DNA of 61,228 bases from Phycisphaerae bacterium. GTDB taxonomy: Bacteria; Planctomycetota; Phycisphaerae; Phycisphaerales; UBA1924. The DNA is taken from positions 1-61,228 of the forward strand of contig JAEUIV010000085.1 of assembly GCA_016795005.1 (NCBI GenBank), read 5' to 3'. This document shows, one piece after another, positions 57,477-61,228 of this stretch. Positions within the stretch are counted from its first letter, which is position 1; every line of letters begins with the position of its first letter. Both the position numbers and the translations under genes were made by a program. The notes beneath the pieces are model-generated. The model did no database searches, had not been told where the DNA came from, and worked only from the letters and a program-made list of their open reading frames with translations.

Positions 57477-58019
57477 ATGAAGCTTGTTTCAATGGGATCG
57501 GCGTTGGTGATCGGCTCGGTGATGGCGGTGGTGGTGGTCGGCGTTTCCCCGCCGCGCGTCGGGGCGCAGCCGGCACAAGGCCCTCATGGTCCGGGCGAAC
57601 GGGCGCCCGTCGGACCACCGGTCGGGCCTCCAGCGGGCGGTCCGGGCGGCGCCGCGGGCGAAGTCAGCGTCAGCCGTTCGATGAAAGGGATGGGCCGGGC
57701 GCTGAAGGCGATGAAATCGCATCTCGGCGACGCCACGAAGAAAGACGAGTGCCTGAAACTGGTCAACGATTTTCAGCGCGGGATCGTGAATGCGAAGGGC
57801 CAGACGGTGCCGGAGGACCTTCTCGCGGGGCTTTCAGAATCCGACCGGGAAAAGAAAACGAGTGCGTTCCGGCGCGAGTTGATGACGGTGCTGCGTACGG
57901 CCCTCGATCTCGAGGCTGACATTTTCGAGGGCCGGACGGACATGGCCAAGGAAAAGCTCGACGCTTTGATCGCGCTTCGTGACAAGGGTCATGACCTCAT
58001 GGGTTTGAAGGAGGAGTGA
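57477..58019 (+). CDS. Cytochrome b562-like four-helix-bundle protein with Pro/Gly-rich linker
   Basis: AGGAG lies 6 nt upstream of ATG 57477. A signal/anchor segment is followed by a P/G-rich spacer and a ~110-aa helical domain. That domain has Met near its start (SRSMKGMGRALKAM) and His near its end (LRDKGHDLMG), as for the b562 heme ligands. Confidence 0.5.
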   Translation: MKLVSMGSALVIGSVMAVVVVGVSPPRVGAQPAQGPHGPGERAPVGPPVGPPAGGPGGAAGEVSVSRSMKGMGRALKAMKSHLGDATKKDECLKLVNDFQRGIVNAKGQTVPEDLLAGLSESDREKKTSAFRRELMTVLRTALDLEADIFEGRTDMAKEKLDALIALRDKGHDLMGLKEE

Positions 58020-58041
58020 GGCGGCGGCCCCCGCCGCGGGG

Positions 58042-59091
58042 TCACTGGATATCGCGGCCCCGGATCCCGCCGAAGGTGGCGAAGAAGTGCGCGTCCCAGA
58101 AGTCGCCGCCCGCCTGAAAAATGTAGGCCGGCCCGGCGTGTTCCTGCCGCGGCCCGACTTTCCCGAGGTCGGCGTACGGCTTCATCGCCTTGGCGCTGCC
58201 GTCGCCCAGGGTCACGGTCGCGGTCGCGCCCGGCTCAAGCCAGAAGTCACTGTTGCGGTCGTGGGACGCCTCCCAGAGATAAAAGAGCGCTTTCTTGTCG
58301 GGGTACACCATGTCGGCCGCCCGGTTGTAGATGATGTACTCATAGGGGAAGAAGCCCTCGGTGACGCGCGGCCTCCAGAGTTCATTGGCACGAGTGGGCC
58401 GGCTGTCAGCCCCGTAGGAATAGACGAGCGGATCGGTGAGCGCGGCGACGGAGTATCGGTACGAGCCGACCGCGAGGGCACGCGAAAGTTCGCGATTGCC
58501 TGCGACGGAATCGATCGCGGGGAGCGCCCCGTTTCGCTTCTTCATGAGTTCGCGCCATCGCTGCCAGGTTTCCTGCCGCGAGATGTGCGAGGGGCAGAGA
58601 AAGACATCCTGGAGCATCGCGGTGCCCTGACCGTCAACCATGTAAGGCCCGAGCGTGACGAGATAGAAATCCTGCATGGATGAGCCGCGGATGTCGGCGG
58701 AGAAGCCCCCGACCGGATTGATCCGGGCAAAGGTGTCGAGGCCCGGATTGGCCGAACTGCTGCCGGCGTATGGGAATCCCCATCCATTGGTGGGGAAAAC
58801 CTCGTAGATCGCCATGGCGCGAGCGGGGCGCCCCTTGGCGCCGAGGACGCCGTTGAATCCCCCCGGTCCCTCTGGGCCATGGGGCAGGCGGTCGTTGTTC
58901 TGCGAGGCGAAGTTCGCGGCCGCCTGCGCGTGCTGCTTCAGGTTCGCGATGCAAGCGCTCACCCGGGCGTTGCGGCGTGCCTGCCCCAGCGCCGGAAGGA
59001 GCAGGCTGATGAGCAGCGCGATGATGCTGATGACGACGAGCAGTTCGATGAGGGTGAACGCTCGTCGAGCGAGCCGCTGAGCATGCCGCAT
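58042..59091 (-). CDS. Prepilin-type N-terminal cleavage/methylation protein, DUF1559-like pseudopilin (paralog 1)
   Basis: The N-terminus is [45 protein letters not shown]. The C-terminal region is [27 protein letters not shown] at 59091 is preferred to the 59223 start. Confidence 0.8.
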   Translation of the reverse strand: MRHAQRLARRAFTLIELLVVISIIALLISLLLPALGQARRNARVSACIANLKQHAQAAANFASQNNDRLPHGPEGPGGFNGVLGAKGRPARAMAIYEVFPTNGWGFPYAGSSSANPGLDTFARINPVGGFSADIRGSSMQDFYLVTLGPYMVDGQGTAMLQDVFLCPSHISRQETWQRWRELMKKRNGALPAIDSVAGNRELSRALAVGSYRYSVAALTDPLVYSYGADSRPTRANELWRPRVTEGFFPYEYIIYNRAADMVYPDKKALFYLWEASHDRNSDFWLEPGATATVTLGDGSAKAMKPYADLGKVGPRQEHAGPAYIFQAGGDFWDAHFFATFGGIRGRDIQ

Positions 59092-59249
59092 GAGGTGTGA
59101 TCCGCCTTTCGAGCCGTGCCGTCTCGACCCGATGCGCCCCGCGTTGGGCGAACGTGAGCCGATCCGCGAATGGGATGATCTTACGTCCGCTGGGACTCGC
59201 TCGAAGCGACTTCGGGCGGCCATTTTCTGGAAGGCGACTCGGTGGAGCG

Positions 59250-59284
59250 AAAAAAAAAATGACCCGAGGTACGCCTCGGGTCAT
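59250..59284 (-). terminator. Intrinsic terminator after pseudopilin paralog 2
   Basis: An 11-bp stem (ATGACCCGAGG 59259-59269 pairs with CCTCGGGTCAT 59274-59284) has a TACG loop. On the minus strand it is followed by a run of 10 T (plus-strand A10 at 59250-59259). Confidence 0.85.
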
Positions 59285-59313
59285 TCGATGATTCAAGGAT
59301 TCGAATCGGAAGG

Positions 59314-60360
59314 TCAGTCGAGGTCGCGGCCGCGCATGCCGCCGAAGGTGCCGAAGAAGTGGGCCGGCCAGTCGAGACCGTCGGAGTTCAGCAGGTACGC
59401 GGGTCCGGCGTGCTCCTGCCGCGGGCCGACTTTGCCGAGTTCGGCGTAGGGCTTGACCGCCTTGGAACTTCCGTCCGCGAGAGCGATGGTCGCGGTCGCG
59501 CCCGGCTCAAGCCAGAAATCGACGCCCTTGTCATGCGAAGCGGTGTAGAGGAAGAAGAGGGCCTTCTTGTCGGCGTACGAGACGTCGGAAGCCTTGTTGA
59601 AAACGATGTATTCGCGCGGGAACGGGCCTTGAACGCTGGTAGCGAGTCGCTTGGAACTCGCGGCGGTCGGGCGGCCGTCGGCGCCGTACGAGAAGGCCAT
59701 CGCGTCGGTCAGGCCCGAGATGGTGTAGCGATACGAGCCGACCGCGAGTGCCCGTCCGAGTTCGGCTTCCGTGCCGATGGAGTCGATGGGCGGGAGGGCT
59801 CCGTTGAGTTTCTTCATGAGTTCACGCCAGCGCTGCCACGTTTCCTGACGCAGCGTGTGCGACGGGCAGAGGAAGACGTCCTGGAGCATGGCGGTGCCTT
59901 CGCCATCGACCATGTAGGGGCCCATGGTGACGAGGTAGAAGGAGTACATCGAGGCGCCGTTGATGCTTGCGCCGAGGCCGTGGCGCCCGTTGACGCCGTA
60001 GAAAACGTCGAGGCCGACGTTCGAACTGGTGGAGCCGGCGACCGGGAATCCCCAGCCGTTGGTGGGGAAGATGTCCTTGATCGCCATCGCGGTGGCGGGT
60101 CGCCCGCGATTGCCGAGGATCGCCGCGTGGGTCCCGCCGGGGCCTTCGGGGCCGTGGGGCAGGTTGTCGTTGTTCTGCGAGGCGAAGTTGGCCGCGCCCT
60201 GGGCGTGCTGCTTCTGGTTGGCGATGCAGCGGCTGAGGCGGGCGTTGCGACGCGCCTGACCCAGCGCCGGGAGAAGCAGGCTGATCAGCAGGGCGATGAT
60301 GCTGATGACGACGAGGAGTTCGATGAGGGTGAATGCTCGCCGACGGTTCTGTGGACGCAT
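59314..60360 (-). CDS. Prepilin-type N-terminal cleavage/methylation protein, DUF1559-like pseudopilin (paralog 2)
   Basis: The N-terminus is [45 protein letters not shown]. By eye it is collinear and about two-thirds identical to 58042..59091. ATG at 60360 is preferred to the 60408 start. Confidence 0.8.
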   Translation of the reverse strand: MRPQNRRRAFTLIELLVVISIIALLISLLLPALGQARRNARLSRCIANQKQHAQGAANFASQNNDNLPHGPEGPGGTHAAILGNRGRPATAMAIKDIFPTNGWGFPVAGSTSSNVGLDVFYGVNGRHGLGASINGASMYSFYLVTMGPYMVDGEGTAMLQDVFLCPSHTLRQETWQRWRELMKKLNGALPPIDSIGTEAELGRALAVGSYRYTISGLTDAMAFSYGADGRPTAASSKRLATSVQGPFPREYIVFNKASDVSYADKKALFFLYTASHDKGVDFWLEPGATATIALADGSSKAVKPYAELGKVGPRQEHAGPAYLLNSDGLDWPAHFFGTFGGMRGRDLD

Positions 60361-60557
60361 GCGTTTTCTCCGCTTGGGGATTGTGTCTGGTGGCCGGCCT
60401 CCCGCCATCCGTGGATGGGGAGGCGTTCCACGATCATACCTCTACGACGAAACAGGGGGATCTGGATGCAGGGATTCCGGCGGAAGCGCCAAAATCTACT
60501 GCATCAGACGGGTTTTCGAGAAACCGGTTCCCCGGAGTACCCTAACCACAACCAAAA

Positions 60558-60643
60558 TGCGGCTGAAAGGAGTCGAACCTTCACGGGATTTTACTCCCAC
60601 CAGAACCTGAATCTGGCGCGTCTGCCAATTCCGCCACAGCCGC
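60558..60643 (-). tRNA. tRNA-Leu (anticodon CAG)
   Basis: The minus-strand sequence is GCGGCTGTGGCGGAATTGGCAGACGCGCCAGATTCAGGTTCTGGTGGGAGTAAAATCCCGTGAAGGTTCGACTCCTTTCAGCCGCA. It is an 86-nt class II tRNA with a long variable arm and anticodon loop TTCAGGT. It is very similar to E. coli tRNA-Leu(CAG). Confidence 0.9.
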
Positions 60644-60691
60644 AGAACACCCATCAGAATAGCGACCGTACTGAAAATCGCCAGTCGCGAG

Positions 60692-60719
60692 TTGACGGCC
60701 CACTGAAAATTGTCATACT
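60692..60719 (+). promoter_or_regulatory. Candidate sigma-70-type promoter for the edge ORF
   Basis: TTGACG (60692-60697), a 16-nt spacer, then CATACT (60714-60719), about 55 nt upstream of the ATG at 60775. The 9-nt direct repeat ACTGAAAAT occurs at 60670-60678 and 60702-60710. Confidence 0.3.
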
Positions 60720-60774
60720 CACGCTGGCATCGAAGAAGAGCTCGGAAACGATTATCTTCAGAGAGGAAACCACC

Positions 60775-61228
60775 ATGAAGGTACTGATGTACGTGTGCAT
60801 TGCGATCGTGCTCGTGGTGTCCAATGTCCGTTCATTCGCTCAGCCCACGGCGCCTGTGACCGTTCAGCGGGTCCTGAGTACGAACGACGTTCCTCTAGAT
60901 GATGCCGGAGATCCGATCGAGGGATTCATCTTTCAAAAACTGAACTGGCCAATTGTGAATAGCAATGGTGATGTGACGTTTGCGTCGTACTGGATCGATG
61001 ATCCAGAATCGAAATCGCCAGTTTTTCACCGTGCGCTTTCGTTTTTTGATCTTTCAGCAAATGAATCGCGAACAGTTTGGGAATACAACAATGCTTTACC
61101 CCAACCCCTGAACCGAATAGTGAACAACTGCGTCGACACTCTCACAGATGATGGCGAAATCGTTTTTCAAGATGAAATCAACTCAACAACCCTGGTGGTC
61201 CGCCACTTCGCGACACCGTCATTTGCCG
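60775..61228 (+). CDS. Secreted hypothetical protein (5' partial, runs off the window), low-GC gene
   Basis: This ORF is not in the supplied track because it has no stop inside the window. I translated it by hand, giving 151 codons with no stop. GAGAGGA Shine-Dalgarno lies 8 nt upstream. The signal peptide is MKVLMYVCIAIVLVVSNVRSFAQP. The motifs NSNGDVTFAS and TDDGEIVFQD are present, and many codons end in A/T. Confidence 0.6.
   Translation, partial: MKVLMYVCIAIVLVVSNVRSFAQPTAPVTVQRVLSTNDVPLDDAGDPIEGFIFQKLNWPIVNSNGDVTFASYWIDDPESKSPVFHRALSFFDLSANESRTVWEYNNALPQPLNRIVNNCVDTLTDDGEIVFQDEINSTTLVVRHFATPSFA

Noticed and set aside
58020-58041. GC-only palindrome (GCGGCGGCCCCCGCCGC) between the convergent b562-like and pseudopilin genes, considered as a terminator.
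   Set aside because: There is no U-tract on either side and the loop is too short, so it is not convincing as an intrinsic terminator.
1-61228. I scanned the whole window for CRISPR-like spaced repeats, IS or transposase ends, integrases, toxin-antitoxin pairs, restriction-modification genes and other known defence genes.
   Set aside because: None was recognised. The only repeated DNA found is the paralog pairs and the triplet tract listed above.

Overview
This is a gene-dense 61.2-kb chromosomal segment with very high G+C; hand-counted 60-nt lines in typical genes give about 70%. I call about 50 CDS, two tRNAs (Gly-GCC and Leu-CAG) and four intrinsic terminator-like hairpins. I found no rRNA, CRISPR array, transposase, integrase, phage gene or recognisable defence system.

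The gene content suggests a Planctomycetota (Phycisphaerae-like) genome. This is inferred from family content only: prepilin-type DUF1559-like pseudopilins, PEP-CTERM-variant secreted proteins, an RRM RNA-binding protein, large TPR lipoproteins and a dockerin-tailed secreted enzyme.

Most of the window is housekeeping:
- Envelope and sugar metabolism: kdsB, kdsA, a UDP-sugar dehydrogenase and rfbB.
- Translation and transcription: nusA-infB-DUF503-rbfA, mfd and yebC.
- Metabolism: trpG/pabA, purC, a thiolase, prpD-prpB, hmgA and a class III aminotransferase.
- Other: crcB, dsbD, an OPT transporter, an NCS1 transporter and mcsA-mcsB.

I did not find a convincing novel multi-gene system. The accessory or unusual spots worth follow-up are:
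1. An abrupt drop to about 42-52% G+C just beyond tRNA-Leu at the right edge, carrying a secreted repeat protein.
2. Three tandem small secreted proteins with a VPxPGA...RRRR C-terminal sorting tail, plus a fourth one elsewhere.
3. Two tandem diverged pseudopilin paralogs with a non-canonical H-X9-DG region.
4. A degenerate HhH-GPD protein with a basic tail, translationally coupled to rbfA where truB usually sits.
5. An RRM protein with an RGG/GGF tail.
6. An orphan fliM abutting a STAS gene.
7. A strong terminator hairpin in the nusA leader.

The many long R/P/H-rich ORFs antisense to real genes are treated as high-GC artefacts.
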